Positions 1 to 9,596 are shown, numbered from the stretch's first letter. The stretch: DNA of 40,323 nucleotides from a bacterium (GCA_030698695.1 JAUYMR010000017.1:1-40323), one strand, 5' to 3'. The notes: generated by a model from the sequence alone, not told the origin. Translations and numbers: made by a program.

Positions 1-84
1 AATTCGGGAATTTTTGGCGGGAATGCGTTTGTGTCGCGCCTTCGGCGCGACCCCATTTCGGCTTCCAATTGCGATTTCCAATTT

Positions 85-172
85 TGGCGGAGGGGGAGGG
101 ATTCGAACCCTCGATACCTTGCGGTATGCGTCGTTTCCAACGACGTGCACTAGGCCACTATGCGACCCCTCC
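85..172 (-). tRNA. tRNA-Ser (anticodon GGA)
   Basis: Reverse complement GGAGGGGTCGCATAGTGGCCTAGTGCA-CGTCG-TTGGAAA-CGACG-long variable arm-GAGGGTTCGAATCCCTC-CCCCTCCGCCA; cloverleaf with encoded CCA. Confidence 0.96.
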
Positions 173-186
173 ATATTTCTTTTTAT

Positions 187-405
187 TTACTCGCGTTTAT
201 AACCCTTCTTGTATTCTAACTCGAGCTTGATAGATTCTTGTTCTGTGGCCATCATTATCTTCTCAAGAAGCATGAATGGTCTCCTAGATTTAGTTGATTG
301 AATCTTGCCGGAATTATGTTCTTTAAATCGTCGATCGAGATTATTAGTTCGACCAGTGTATAAATTTCCATCCTTCGTACTTCTAAGAATATAAACTAAA
401 AACAT
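187..405 (-). CDS. Small stand-alone GIY-YIG nuclease family protein (72 aa)
   Basis: VYIL...LYTGRT.NL.RR..EHNSG....TK.RRP motifs typical of small GIY-YIG proteins; the C-terminus looks slightly short. Confidence 0.88.
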   Translation of the reverse strand: MFLVYILRSTKDGNLYTGRTNNLDRRFKEHNSGKIQSTKSRRPFMLLEKIMMATEQESIKLELEYKKGYKRE

Positions 406-411
406 AATGTA

Positions 412-461
412 TGCACTAGGCCCCTGCCTGCCGGCAGGCAGGACTATGCGACCCCTCCATA
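412..461 (-). repeat. Duplicated 5' fragment of tRNA-Ser, interrupted by a 20-bp palindrome
   Basis: 412-422 plus 443-461 is identical to 146-175 (TGCACTAGGCC|ACTATGCGACCCCTCCATA); 423-442 is CCTGCCTGCCGGCAGGCAGG. Confidence 0.95.
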
Positions 462-471
462 AGCTGAATAT

Positions 472-500
472 ATAATAACTCAGGTATTATTGTTAATCAA
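472..500 (-). promoter_or_regulatory. Putative sigma70 promoter for the tRNA fragment/GIY-YIG/tRNA-Ser unit
   Basis: Minus strand TTGATT-17 nt-TATTAT just upstream of the duplicated tRNA 5' end. Confidence 0.55.
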
Positions 501-643
501 TTTAAAAATCATGATTTTGCAATTATCTCATTGATGTTGAATATAACGCCGCGCTATATATAAACTCCGAGTAGCCAGTAGCTTTTTAAAGAGTTAAACT
601 TGAGTAACTGTGATTAGAATGATTATAATCAATTTAATAACCA

Positions 644-1285
644 ATGAATGAATTTTTAATAATAATTTTTCAATTAGTGGTTTTCCTTTTTTCAGTCATG
701 ATTCACGAAGTGGCTCATGGCGCGGTGGCTTTGAAGCTAGGAGATACGACAGCTAAGGATGCCGGGCGTCTCACTTTGAATCCGCTTAAACATCTGGATT
801 TTTTCGGGTCTATTTTGTTGCCGCTGTCATTATATATAATATCTCAAGGAAGTTTTATCTTGGGGTGGGCTAAGCCGGTTCCTTATAATCCTTATAATTT
901 AAAAAATCCCAAAAAAGGCGCCGGATTGATAGCCGCCGCCGGACCCTTAACCAATATTACAATAGCTGTTATTTTCGGAATTTTGATTAGAATCGCGGGC
1001 ATATTTCCAATTAACGAGTTCGTGGGAATGTTGTTGCTAATGTTTAATATAGTTGTTTTCGTGAATGTGCTATTGGCTATATTTAATTTATTGCCATTGC
1101 CGCCCCTAGACGGATCGGGTATCTTATTTTCGTTATTGCCAGAGAAGTGGTCAATGGTTCGGCAGTGGTTGCAGCGCTACGGGTTTTATCTGTTATTTTT
1201 CTTTATTTTTTTCGGTTTTCAATTAATCATTCCCGTAATTATGTTTTTATATAGATTGATAGTCGGATCAGCCAGTGTTTTGTAG
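644..1285 (+). CDS. Site-2 protease family (M50) membrane metalloprotease
   Basis: HEVAH zinc motif, NLLPLPPLDG motif, multiple hydrophobic segments. Confidence 0.93.
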   Translation: MNEFLIIIFQLVVFLFSVMIHEVAHGAVALKLGDTTAKDAGRLTLNPLKHLDFFGSILLPLSLYIISQGSFILGWAKPVPYNPYNLKNPKKGAGLIAAAGPLTNITIAVIFGILIRIAGIFPINEFVGMLLLMFNIVVFVNVLLAIFNLLPLPPLDGSGILFSLLPEKWSMVRQWLQRYGFYLLFFFIFFGFQLIIPVIMFLYRLIVGSASVL

Positions 1286-1298
1286 CGAACGTTAATCG

Positions 1299-1328
1299 TT
1301 GACACTTACTATTAATATTTGATAGAAT
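1299..1328 (+). promoter_or_regulatory. sigma70 promoter of rpsL operon (probably leaderless)
   Basis: TTGACA-18 nt-TAGAAT; ATG lies 7 nt after the -10. Confidence 0.75.
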
Positions 1329-1335
1329 CTTTGTT

Positions 1336-1743
1336 ATGCCGACCATCAGGCAATTAGTTAAAAAAGGTAGAAAGAATATTGTGGGCAAATCTAAAGCTCC
1401 GGCTTTGTTGCGTTATTTTAATACGATTCAAAACAAACCAGTCAGATCGCCGTCGCCATTTAAGCGTGGAGTATGTGTTAAGGTTTTCACCACTACACCC
1501 AAAAAACCGAACTCAGCTTTGCGCAAAGTAGCTAGAGTGAGATTAACCAACGGCATGGAGGTTACCGCTTATATTCCGGGTGAGGGTCATAATTTACAAG
1601 AACATTCGGTAGTTGTTATCCGTGGCGGTCGCGTCAAAGATCTCCCGGGTGTTCGTTATCATATTGTTAGAGGTGTTTTAGATACAGCCGGAGTTGAAAG
1701 AAGGCAACAGAGAAGTAAGTATGGCGCCAAGACGCCTAAATAG
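1336..1743 (+). CDS. rpsL: 30S ribosomal protein S12
   Basis: MPTIRQLV..., [37 protein letters not shown]. Confidence 0.99.
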   Translation: MPTIRQLVKKGRKNIVGKSKAPALLRYFNTIQNKPVRSPSPFKRGVCVKVFTTTPKKPNSALRKVARVRLTNGMEVTAYIPGEGHNLQEHSVVVIRGGRVKDLPGVRYHIVRGVLDTAGVERRQQRSKYGAKTPK

Positions 1744-1790
1744 TTGATTAGTTACTCAGTTAAATGGTTAATTAGAAAAACAAAAAAGCA

Positions 1791-2258
1791 ATGCGTAAAA
1801 AACGTAATTATAAAAGAGATCATAAACCAGATTTTAAATTCGGCAGTGTCGCCGCCGGTCGTTTTATTAGTTATTTGATGTATGACGGCAAAAAATTGAC
1901 AGCTCAGAAAGTTTTTAACGATGCCATGGAAACGGTTCATAAAATTGCCAAACAAGAACCCTTAGCGGTTTTTGAGAAAGCTCTAGAGAATGCTTCGCCA
2001 TTGGTTGAGGTGTCCACTCGTCGCGTTGGCGGCGCCAATTATCAAGTTCCCAGAGAAGTCAGGCCCGAAAGAAAATTTATGTTGGCGACTCGTTGGATTA
2101 TCCAGGCCGCTAGAACTAAAAAAGGCAAACCTATGGCCGATAGATTGGCTGAGGAAATTTTGGCCGCCTCTAAAAATGAAGGCGCGGCTATTAAGAAAAA
2201 ACAAGATACTCATCGCATCGCCGAAGCTAACAGGGCGTTTGCTCACTTCGCCAGATAA
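1791..2258 (+). CDS. rpsG: 30S ribosomal protein S7
   Basis: RRVGGANYQVP, AEANRAFAHF; follows rpsL. Confidence 0.99.
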   Translation: MRKKRNYKRDHKPDFKFGSVAAGRFISYLMYDGKKLTAQKVFNDAMETVHKIAKQEPLAVFEKALENASPLVEVSTRRVGGANYQVPREVRPERKFMLATRWIIQAARTKKGKPMADRLAEEILAASKNEGAAIKKKQDTHRIAEANRAFAHFAR

Positions 2259-2312
2259 TAAACAGCGAAGTGTCTGGTTTTAAGATTTAAGACACGTAAT
2301 ACATGAAACATC

Positions 2313-4451
2313 ATGGCTAGATTATATCCCATAGAAAAAGTCAGAGACATCGGCGTCATTGCTCATATTGATGCTGGCAAAACCACTGTTACCGAGCGCA
2401 TTCTTTTTTATACTGGCGTTTCTCACAAAATTGGCGAAGTGCATACCGGTGATACGGTTATGGATTGGATGGAACAAGAGCGTGAACGCGGCATTACTAT
2501 TACGGCCGCCGCCACGACTTGTTTTTGGGTGCCAACTTATCGTCGCGCCGAAGGTTTAACTAGCGGTTTAAACGAGGACGAAGTTAAAAAGCAATACGAG
2601 CATCGTTTTAATATCATTGATACGCCGGGACACATTGATTTTACTGTTGAGGTTAAACGTTCTATGCGCGTGCTTGATGGCGCGGTAGTGGTTTTTGATG
2701 GCGTCGCTGGAGTAGAGCCACAATCAGAAACAAATTGGCGCTATGCCGATGAATATAAAGTTCCACGACTTTGTTTTATTAATAAACTGGACCGCATGGG
2801 GGCCAACTTTGAATCGGATATCAAATCCATCAAAGAAAGATTAACTCCTAACGCCATACCTATTCAGATTCCGATCGGTGTCGAGGGCGATTTTGAGGGC
2901 GTGGTGGATCTTATCAAGATGAAGGCCTATTATTTTGAAGGAGAAAGGGGCGCCAGTATTATTGAGAAAGATATCCCCAGCGAGTCGCAAGAAGCGGCCA
3001 AAAAATATAGACAAGAATTAATAGAGAAGATTGTTGAACAGGATGACCAACTGATGGCGTCATATTTAGATGGCAAAGAGCCGAGCGTGGAAGACCTCAA
3101 GAGGGTATTGCGTCAGGCTACTTTAAAAATTACTATAATTCCTATTTTATGCGGATCAGCTTTAAAAAATAAAGGGGTGCAATTGGTATTGGACGCGGTT
3201 ATAGATTTTCTACCTTCACCTGCCGATTTGCCACCAGTTAAGGGCTTAGATGTTAAAACCGGAGCAGAATTAGAACGCCATCCCAACGATGACGATCCGA
3301 CCGCGGCTCTGGCTTTCAAAATTGCCAATGATCCATTCGTGGGATCGTTGGGTTATTTCCGGGTTTATTCCGGAGTTGTTAAAAAGGGCAGTTATATTTT
3401 TAATTCCACTAAAAACGTCCAAGAGAGAATCGGGCGCATTGTTCGTTTACATGCTGATAAGCGCGAAGAAGTTGATGAAGTGCCATCGGGCGATATCGCG
3501 GCCATAGTCGGTTTGAAGAGTACTACTACCGGTGATACTTTATGTGATCCGGATCACCCGATTATCTTAGAAAAAATTGATTTTCCAGAGCCGGTTATTT
3601 CCATTCGTGTTGAGCCAAAAACCAAAGCTGATCAGGAAAAGATGGGCATTGCTTTGCGTCGTCTAGCCGAAGAAGATCCGACTTTTCGGGTTGCCGGCGA
3701 TATGGAGACCGGCGAAACTATTATTTCCGGCATGGGAGAGTTGCATTTGGAAATTATCGTTGATCGTATGAAGAGAGAATTTAAGGTAGAGGCCAGTACC
3801 GGCCGACCACAGGTCGCCTACAAGGAAACCATTAAAGGGACTGCCGATGCCGAGGGTAAATATATCAGACAATCTGGCGGACGCGGTCAATATGGTCATG
3901 TTCGGATTAAGCTACAACCGAATGAGCGCGGCAAGGGTTTTGAATTTATAAATGAGATTAAAGGAGGGGCCATTCCGCAAGAATTTATTCCGGCGATTGA
4001 AAAGGGTATTAAAGAAGCTATGGATAGGGGCGTGGTGGCTGGCTATCCTTTTGTAGATACGATAGTTAGCTTGTATGACGGATCTTATCACGACGTGGAT
4101 TCATCTGAGGCGGCTTTTAAAATAGCCGGTTCTATGGCCTTTCAAGAGGGCGCCAAAAGGGCTAAGGCGATTTTGTTGGAGCCCATTATGAAAGTTCAAG
4201 CTATTGCTCCTGCGGAATTTTTGGGTGATATAACTGGAGATCTTAGTTCCAAACGCGGCAAGATTGAAGCCATGAATGATCGTGGCAATCTTAAAGTGGT
4301 AGATGTTAACGTGCCTTTGTCAGAAATGTTCGGCTACGCGACTAAATTGCGCTCCATGACGCAGGGCCGAGGTTCTTTCAGTATGGAATTTAATAGTTAT
4401 GAAGAAGTTCCGGCTAGCGTGGCTCAGTTGATTATAGAAGGGAAGAAATAA
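2313..4451 (+). CDS. fusA: Elongation factor G
   Basis: [37 protein letters not shown]. Confidence 0.99.
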   Translation: MARLYPIEKVRDIGVIAHIDAGKTTVTERILFYTGVSHKIGEVHTGDTVMDWMEQERERGITITAAATTCFWVPTYRRAEGLTSGLNEDEVKKQYEHRFNIIDTPGHIDFTVEVKRSMRVLDGAVVVFDGVAGVEPQSETNWRYADEYKVPRLCFINKLDRMGANFESDIKSIKERLTPNAIPIQIPIGVEGDFEGVVDLIKMKAYYFEGERGASIIEKDIPSESQEAAKKYRQELIEKIVEQDDQLMASYLDGKEPSVEDLKRVLRQATLKITIIPILCGSALKNKGVQLVLDAVIDFLPSPADLPPVKGLDVKTGAELERHPNDDDPTAALAFKIANDPFVGSLGYFRVYSGVVKKGSYIFNSTKNVQERIGRIVRLHADKREEVDEVPSGDIAAIVGLKSTTTGDTLCDPDHPIILEKIDFPEPVISIRVEPKTKADQEKMGIALRRLAEEDPTFRVAGDMETGETIISGMGELHLEIIVDRMKREFKVEASTGRPQVAYKETIKGTADAEGKYIRQSGGRGQYGHVRIKLQPNERGKGFEFINEIKGGAIPQEFIPAIEKGIKEAMDRGVVAGYPFVDTIVSLYDGSYHDVDSSEAAFKIAGSMAFQEGAKRAKAILLEPIMKVQAIAPAEFLGDITGDLSSKRGKIEAMNDRGNLKVVDVNVPLSEMFGYATKLRSMTQGRGSFSMEFNSYEEVPASVAQLIIEGKK

Positions 4452-4498
4452 TAAGTTTTAGGTGTTGGGTATCAAGTGTCAGGTGTTATAATATAATA

Positions 4499-4969
4499 AT
4501 GGATCGGTCTAGCGGAGTTACTTTAATTGAGGTCGTGATATATACCGGCATCGTGGCGATTTTTTTGGCTCTATCTTTTTTGGTGGTGGGGCAATTTTTA
4601 GAATATGGCGATCGTTTGCAGATAAGTAGGAATCTTAACGAGACTCAGAGATTCATTGTTCAAAAGTTTAATTGGGCCATGAGCGGAGCTCAAAATATAA
4701 ATGAGCCGTCGTTGGGCAGTAGCGGTGTCGTGTTATCTATTGATAAGACTGGTTTTGCCGAGAATCCTTTGGTGTTGGATTCTTTTGATGGGGTTTTGAG
4801 ACTGACGTCGGGCATAAATCAACCGGTAGAATTGAATCACAACGCGGTCATCTCGGATTTGTTGTTTGAACATTTGGATTTTTCCGGTCAGTCAGCTATT
4901 AGAATGACTGCCACGTTGACCAATGATTTCGCCAGCACGACTATTGATACGACTGTGATTTACGAATGA
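4499..4969 (+). CDS. Type IV minor pilin-like protein (prepilin N-terminal cleavage/methylation motif)
   Basis: G|VTLIEVVIY followed by a hydrophobic helix. Confidence 0.8.
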   Translation: MDRSSGVTLIEVVIYTGIVAIFLALSFLVVGQFLEYGDRLQISRNLNETQRFIVQKFNWAMSGAQNINEPSLGSSGVVLSIDKTGFAENPLVLDSFDGVLRLTSGINQPVELNHNAVISDLLFEHLDFSGQSAIRMTATLTNDFASTTIDTTVIYE

Positions 4970-5367
4970 AAAAAATTTTTGAACAAAAAAATAGCGGCTA
5001 TATTGCCGTGGTAACATCAGTCATTTTGGGAATGCTGATGCTGATGATCGCTGTTACATTAAGTTTGTCATCTTTCGGTTCTCGTTTGAATAATCTGGAT
5101 TTCTACAATAAACAAACCAGCTATTTTGTAGCCCTTTCTTGTTTGGATAAGACATTGTTGGAGCTTTCTAAAGACAGCAATTACGGCGGCGATGCCACTA
5201 CTACCGTAGATAGTTTTGAATGTTTCGCGTTTCCCATTGAGATTGACGGCAATAATAAAATTATTAAGTCCAGATCGCGGGTAAACGGCGCGACTACGAA
5301 TTTACTATTGACTATTGAGTCCGAGACCTTATCCACAATATCATTAGAAGAGGTGGGAAAATTCTGA
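4966..5367 (+). CDS. PilX/GspK-like minor pilin
   Basis: SG|YIAVVTSVILGMLML N-terminus lacking Glu5; translationally coupled to the preceding pilin gene. Confidence 0.65.
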   Translation: MKKIFEQKNSGYIAVVTSVILGMLMLMIAVTLSLSSFGSRLNNLDFYNKQTSYFVALSCLDKTLLELSKDSNYGGDATTTVDSFECFAFPIEIDGNNKIIKSRSRVNGATTNLLLTIESETLSTISLEEVGKF

Positions 5368-5515
5368 TATACTAAAAATGATCTTGAAAGGTCGAGAAAA
5401 AATATTACGGATAGACGTTGATAATATGCGGATAGACGCCGATCACCGATCTGTGATCCGTGCCGATCAGCTCTCAATCTGTGTCCATCTGTAAACATAT
5501 ATGAAGAAAGGCTTT

Positions 5516-5622
5516 ACCCCGTTAGAAATCTAACAAGCGGAGTAAATCGTTTTTTCAAGATTAGAATTAATAAGATATCAACGTTAAGAAAATCTATGAT
5601 TAATAAAATTTCTAAACGAGGT
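5516..5622. mobile_element. ~107-bp MITE-like insertion with terminal inverted repeats in the pilin signal sequence
   Basis: ACCCCGTTAGAAAT (5516-5529) vs ATTTCTAAACGAGGT (5608-5622); GG(C/T)TTTAC occurs on both sides. Confidence 0.55.
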
Positions 5623-6045
5623 TTTACTTTAATTGAATTATTGGTTGTGTTGGGCATTATCGCTGTCTTAGCCGCTATAGTTATTGTGGCTCTAAATCCA
5701 GCCAGACAATTTGCTCAAGCTCGTAATACGCAACGCGCTTCCAATGTTCGCACTTTATTGGATGCCACACAGCAAAGAATGGCTGACAATAGAGGAGTTT
5801 GGGATACTACTTGCGGATCCGCTACCGTGTCTTTGCCGACTTCTGCTACTGATATCGGTTCCGATACTGGTTTGATTGATTTGGAATCCTGCTTGGTTCC
5901 GACATACATTTCTACTATGGTTTTTGATCCAAGTACCGGCGATGCCGCTGATACTGATTATCAAATCGTTCAAGATGCTAATGGCCGTTTGACTGTAAGC
6001 GCTCCGGGCGCTGAATTGGGAGATGCGATTTCCGTTACTAGATAG
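5596..6045 (+). CDS. Type IV pilin (major pilin-like)
   Basis: KRG|FTLIELLVVLGIIAVLAAIV, NPARQFAQARNTQR, paired Cys. Confidence 0.92.
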   Translation: MINKISKRGFTLIELLVVLGIIAVLAAIVIVALNPARQFAQARNTQRASNVRTLLDATQQRMADNRGVWDTTCGSATVSLPTSATDIGSDTGLIDLESCLVPTYISTMVFDPSTGDAADTDYQIVQDANGRLTVSAPGAELGDAISVTR

Positions 6046-6068
6046 TTCGTCGCATTGCAAATCGTCAC

Positions 6069-6098
6069 AAAATTCTCCGCTATTAAGCGGGGAATTTT
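6069..6098. terminator. Bidirectional intrinsic terminator between pilin and fmt
   Basis: AAAATTCTCCGC-TATTAA-GCGGGGAATTTT between convergent genes. Confidence 0.75.
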
Positions 6099-6101
6099 AA
6101 T

Positions 6102-6917
6102 TTAGATGTTGTTTATAAACTCTATCGCGCTATCAACTCGGCGCGGTTTTTTACTTTCATATTGAATAGTTTTTAGATCAAGTATTTTTATGCGTACGCC
6201 GTTTTTTATAACATAAGTCCCGGGATTGGGATTTAGAGCTTTGATTTTGCGGATTGTTTTTTCCAATGGCCCATTTTCCAAATCTAATAATCCATCCTCG
6301 GTGATAAATTTTTTGGTGTAGGTAGCTTCAGTCTCGTTTTGTGGTTGTGGAGTTAAAGAGTTGCTAATAAATTTAGGCAAATTTTCTATAAGTAGATTAG
6401 CGCTCAAATCGGCCAATTTCTTACTCAGTGTTTCGTAGTTATCATCATCAGCTATTGTTAGTGGCGATTTTGCCAAAACTGGCCCGTGGTCAACTTGGGC
6501 GTCCATAAGGATTAAAGCCGTACCAGTTTTTGTTTCGCCATTGAGTAAGGCGGTTTGTATCGGCGTGGCACCGCGATATTTTGGCAGCAATGATGGATGA
6601 ACTACAATAATTCCCATTTTGAAAGAGTCTATTATTTCTTGGGGCAATATTTTGGCGTAAGCGGCCAATATAGCGAAATCAAAATCGCCGAATTTCTTAA
6701 CCTCTAATCTGAAACTATCAACGTCCAGTGTTTTTGGTTGCCAAACAGGAATATTATTTCTTTCGGCAATGACTTTGGTTGGCGGGGGAGTGATTATTTT
6801 TTTTCGTCCGACTGGCTTATCGGGATTGCAAATTACCAGATCTGGTTTTAGAGTGTTTTGTATAAGTTTTTCCAAGATTGTGGCGGCAAAGTCGGGTGTG
6901 CCGAAAAATACAAACAT
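6102..6917 (-). CDS. fmt: Methionyl-tRNA formyltransferase
   Basis: FFGTPDFA, PDKPVGR, HPSLLPKYRGATPIQ, DHGP. Confidence 0.97.
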   Translation of the reverse strand: MFVFFGTPDFAATILEKLIQNTLKPDLVICNPDKPVGRKKIITPPPTKVIAERNNIPVWQPKTLDVDSFRLEVKKFGDFDFAILAAYAKILPQEIIDSFKMGIIVVHPSLLPKYRGATPIQTALLNGETKTGTALILMDAQVDHGPVLAKSPLTIADDDNYETLSKKLADLSANLLIENLPKFISNSLTPQPQNETEATYTKKFITEDGLLDLENGPLEKTIRKIKALNPNPGTYVIKNGVRIKILDLKTIQYESKKPRRVDSAIEFINNI

Positions 6918-6935
6918 ATGAGTTATAATAATATT

Positions 6936-7199
6936 ATGCAGTCGTTAGAAGAATACGGCAACAATTACCTAGCCGAACTTAAGAAAAGATCATCGCAATC
7001 CCGCGTTTCTAAATCATATCAGTTGGTGGGGTTAGAGATAGCGGGCATGCTGGGCGATTTTAAAAATAAATCGCTTTATATTAAGTTAGCTAAACAGCAT
7101 GGAGAGGACAAGATGAGGCGATTGGCTAAAAGCGTGCTTGATAGAAAGAATCTTAAAAATCCAGCGGCTTATTTTATGAAGGTATTGCATAGTGAATAG
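6936..7199 (+). CDS. Hypothetical small basic helical protein (alternative start 6918)
   Basis: Open frame between fmt and def; TATAAT lies 6 nt before ATG 6936; C-terminal NPAAYFM motif. Confidence 0.7.
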   Translation: MQSLEEYGNNYLAELKKRSSQSRVSKSYQLVGLEIAGMLGDFKNKSLYIKLAKQHGEDKMRRLAKSVLDRKNLKNPAAYFMKVLHSE

Positions 7200-7211
7200 A
7201 GTTGTAAATTT

Positions 7212-7703
7212 ATGAAAATTGTAACATTAGATGATAAAAAACGGGTCAAGATATTGCGTCGCAGAATGGCGGATTTTGATTTTGCTAAACATAATAAAAA
7301 AGAATTGCGTGAATTAATGGGGCAGATGAAGCAAACGATGCGCGATGCCCAGGGGATAGGGTTGAGCGCCAATCAAGTTGGCATAGGTTCGGATTTTTTT
7401 GTCGCCGAAGTAGAGAACAAGTTTTATACCATTTTTAATCCTCGGATAGAGAAGTTATCAAAAGAAACGATTTCTTTGGAAGAGGGTTGTTTGAGCGTGC
7501 CCGGTGTTTATGGACAAGTTGAGAGACCGACTAAAGTAACGTTGATTGGTTATGATATCAACGGTAAAAAAATAAAAATCAAAGCTTGGGGTTTGTTGGC
7601 TAGAGTTTTTCAACATGAAGTAGATCATTTAAATGGCAAGCTGTTTATAGATAAATGCAAGGAATTATATAAGATAGAAAAGCTAACCGATAATAATAGT
7701 TAA
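7212..7703 (+). CDS. def: Peptide deformylase
   Basis: GIGLSANQVG, EGCLS, QHEVDHLNG. Confidence 0.98.
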   Translation: MKIVTLDDKKRVKILRRRMADFDFAKHNKKELRELMGQMKQTMRDAQGIGLSANQVGIGSDFFVAEVENKFYTIFNPRIEKLSKETISLEEGCLSVPGVYGQVERPTKVTLIGYDINGKKIKIKAWGLLARVFQHEVDHLNGKLFIDKCKELYKIEKLTDNNS

Positions 7704-7714
7704 CAGATTATTTT

Positions 7715-8278
7715 ATGAGGAAGCGTTTGTTTGTTGCAGTTAATTTGCCCGATGACATTAAATCCGCGATAAGCCGTCAAATAGATGATTGGCGTCCGCT
7801 TTTTAGCAATGAAATTAGATTTATGCCAGCTGATAATTGGCATTTGACCATAACTTTTCTTGATTACCAAGAAGATGAATATATCCCTGCTATCGTGGGA
7901 GCCATGGAGGAGGTGGCTGAGACATCGTTGAGCGCAGATATAAATTTTACAAGCTTTGCTTATGGACCAACCGAAAAGAGGCCGAGAATGATTTGGTTGA
8001 TGGGCGATGAGATGGCCGATAGATGGCTTGGCGATATTAAAAATAAATTGGAAGTCGCTCTTATCGGTAGGGGAGTTATGTTTAACCAAGAACGCAAGCC
8101 GCCAAAAACACATATTACCTTAGCCAGATTCCAAGATGGGACGCGAAACAATTTACCCAAGATCGCGGGGGTGGCCAATATAAATTTCTTGGCTACCGGC
8201 TTAGATTTAATGGAATCAACATTAAAACGTTCGGGGGCGGAATATGATGAGTTGTTTAGCGTGGATTTTAATGATTAG
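7715..8278 (+). CDS. thpR: RNA 2',3'-cyclic phosphodiesterase (2H phosphoesterase, LigT-like)
   Basis: RLFVAV N-terminus; two HxT motifs (HLTI, HITL). Confidence 0.9.
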   Translation: MRKRLFVAVNLPDDIKSAISRQIDDWRPLFSNEIRFMPADNWHLTITFLDYQEDEYIPAIVGAMEEVAETSLSADINFTSFAYGPTEKRPRMIWLMGDEMADRWLGDIKNKLEVALIGRGVMFNQERKPPKTHITLARFQDGTRNNLPKIAGVANINFLATGLDLMESTLKRSGAEYDELFSVDFND

Positions 8279-8366
8279 GCAGATAAAGGAATCGTTTTGG
8301 TTAGGATAAACTTGCGAGATTATTTGCGTACTGGATTTTATAACCTCCAGAGATTAAAATATATCT

Positions 8367-9596
8367 ATGTCTATAAGAAAAATATTACCGATTTTTTTGG
8401 TCATCTTGATTTTAATCAGTGGCGGTTCTTATTATTTTGGCTACCATCAAGGAACTCAGAATCCCGAACAATTTATTGTTAGAGGAATTACCAACATCGG
8501 TGATGATGATGTTACCGCTGATTTTGGTATTTTTTGGGAAGTCTGGAAAAAGATTAAGGATAGCTATATTAACGGCACCGAAGTAACTGATGAAGATTTG
8601 GTTTATGGCGCCACCAATGGTTTGGTTGATTCTTTGGGAGATCATAATAGCGTATTCTTTCCGCCAGATGATTCACAAAAATTTAACGAAGATATCAGTG
8701 GTAGTTTTGGCGGCATAGGGGCGGAGATAGGAGCTCGCAATGGCCGACTGGTTATCGTGGCGCCGCTAAAAAATTCTCCAGCAGAGGCGGCTGGCCTGCA
8801 GAGTGGGGATATTATTCTTAAAGTAGATGATAATATTACCGGTGATTTAGATGTGATGGAGGTTGTGAAGTTGATTAGGGGTTCGGTTGGCGAACGAGTG
8901 ACGTTAACCATTGCTCGCGATTCTTGGACTACGCCTAGGGATGTTGTGATTGTCAGAGAGATTATTATGGTGCCGACACTTGATCTCAACATTGAAGACG
9001 GCATTGCTCACATAAAATTATATGCCTTCAACGAAAGCGCGCCCTATGAATTTTATAAAGCAATTTTAAAAGCGGCTGGAGAAGACGCTCAGGGTATAGT
9101 GTTGGATTTAAGAAATAATCCCGGTGGATTCTTGGAAGTTGCCGTAAATATAGCCGGTTGGTTTTTGGATAGGGGAGATATAATAGTTTCCGAAAAATTT
9201 CGTTCCGGCGATGAGGAGGTTTTTCGGGCCAGTGGCAATGTATCTTTAGAGGACGCTCCTTTGGTAATTTTGGTTAATAAAGGTTCGGCATCGGCTTCGG
9301 AGATACTGGCTGGCGCTTTGCGCGATCAGAATGGCACAAAATTAGTTGGAGAAAATACTTTTGGCAAGGGTACTGTGCAACAAGTGTTTGATTTGCGCGA
9401 CGGATCGTCGGTTAAACTGACTATTGCCCATTGGTTATTGCCGAGTGGCAAAGAAATTGACAAAGAGGGAATCATGCCAGACTTTGAAGTTAATCTGACT
9501 GAAGATGATATTATGGCCGGCAGAGATCCTCAATTGGATAAGGCCAAAGAAGTGTTGCGAGAAGAAATAGCCAAAAAACTGAACCCCGACAGTTAA
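8367..9596 (+). CDS. Carboxyl-terminal processing protease (S41 family) with PDZ domain
   Basis: N-terminal TM; GIGAEI PDZ entry; DLRNNPGG, SASASE, GKGTVQ. Confidence 0.95.
   Translation: MSIRKILPIFLVILILISGGSYYFGYHQGTQNPEQFIVRGITNIGDDDVTADFGIFWEVWKKIKDSYINGTEVTDEDLVYGATNGLVDSLGDHNSVFFPPDDSQKFNEDISGSFGGIGAEIGARNGRLVIVAPLKNSPAEAAGLQSGDIILKVDDNITGDLDVMEVVKLIRGSVGERVTLTIARDSWTTPRDVVIVREIIMVPTLDLNIEDGIAHIKLYAFNESAPYEFYKAILKAAGEDAQGIVLDLRNNPGGFLEVAVNIAGWFLDRGDIIVSEKFRSGDEEVFRASGNVSLEDAPLVILVNKGSASASEILAGALRDQNGTKLVGENTFGKGTVQQVFDLRDGSSVKLTIAHWLLPSGKEIDKEGIMPDFEVNLTEDDIMAGRDPQLDKAKEVLREEIAKKLNPDS

Noticed and set aside
14-202. 62-aa ORF
   Set aside because: Antisense read-through of tRNA-Ser (GGGGIRT signature); not protein-like
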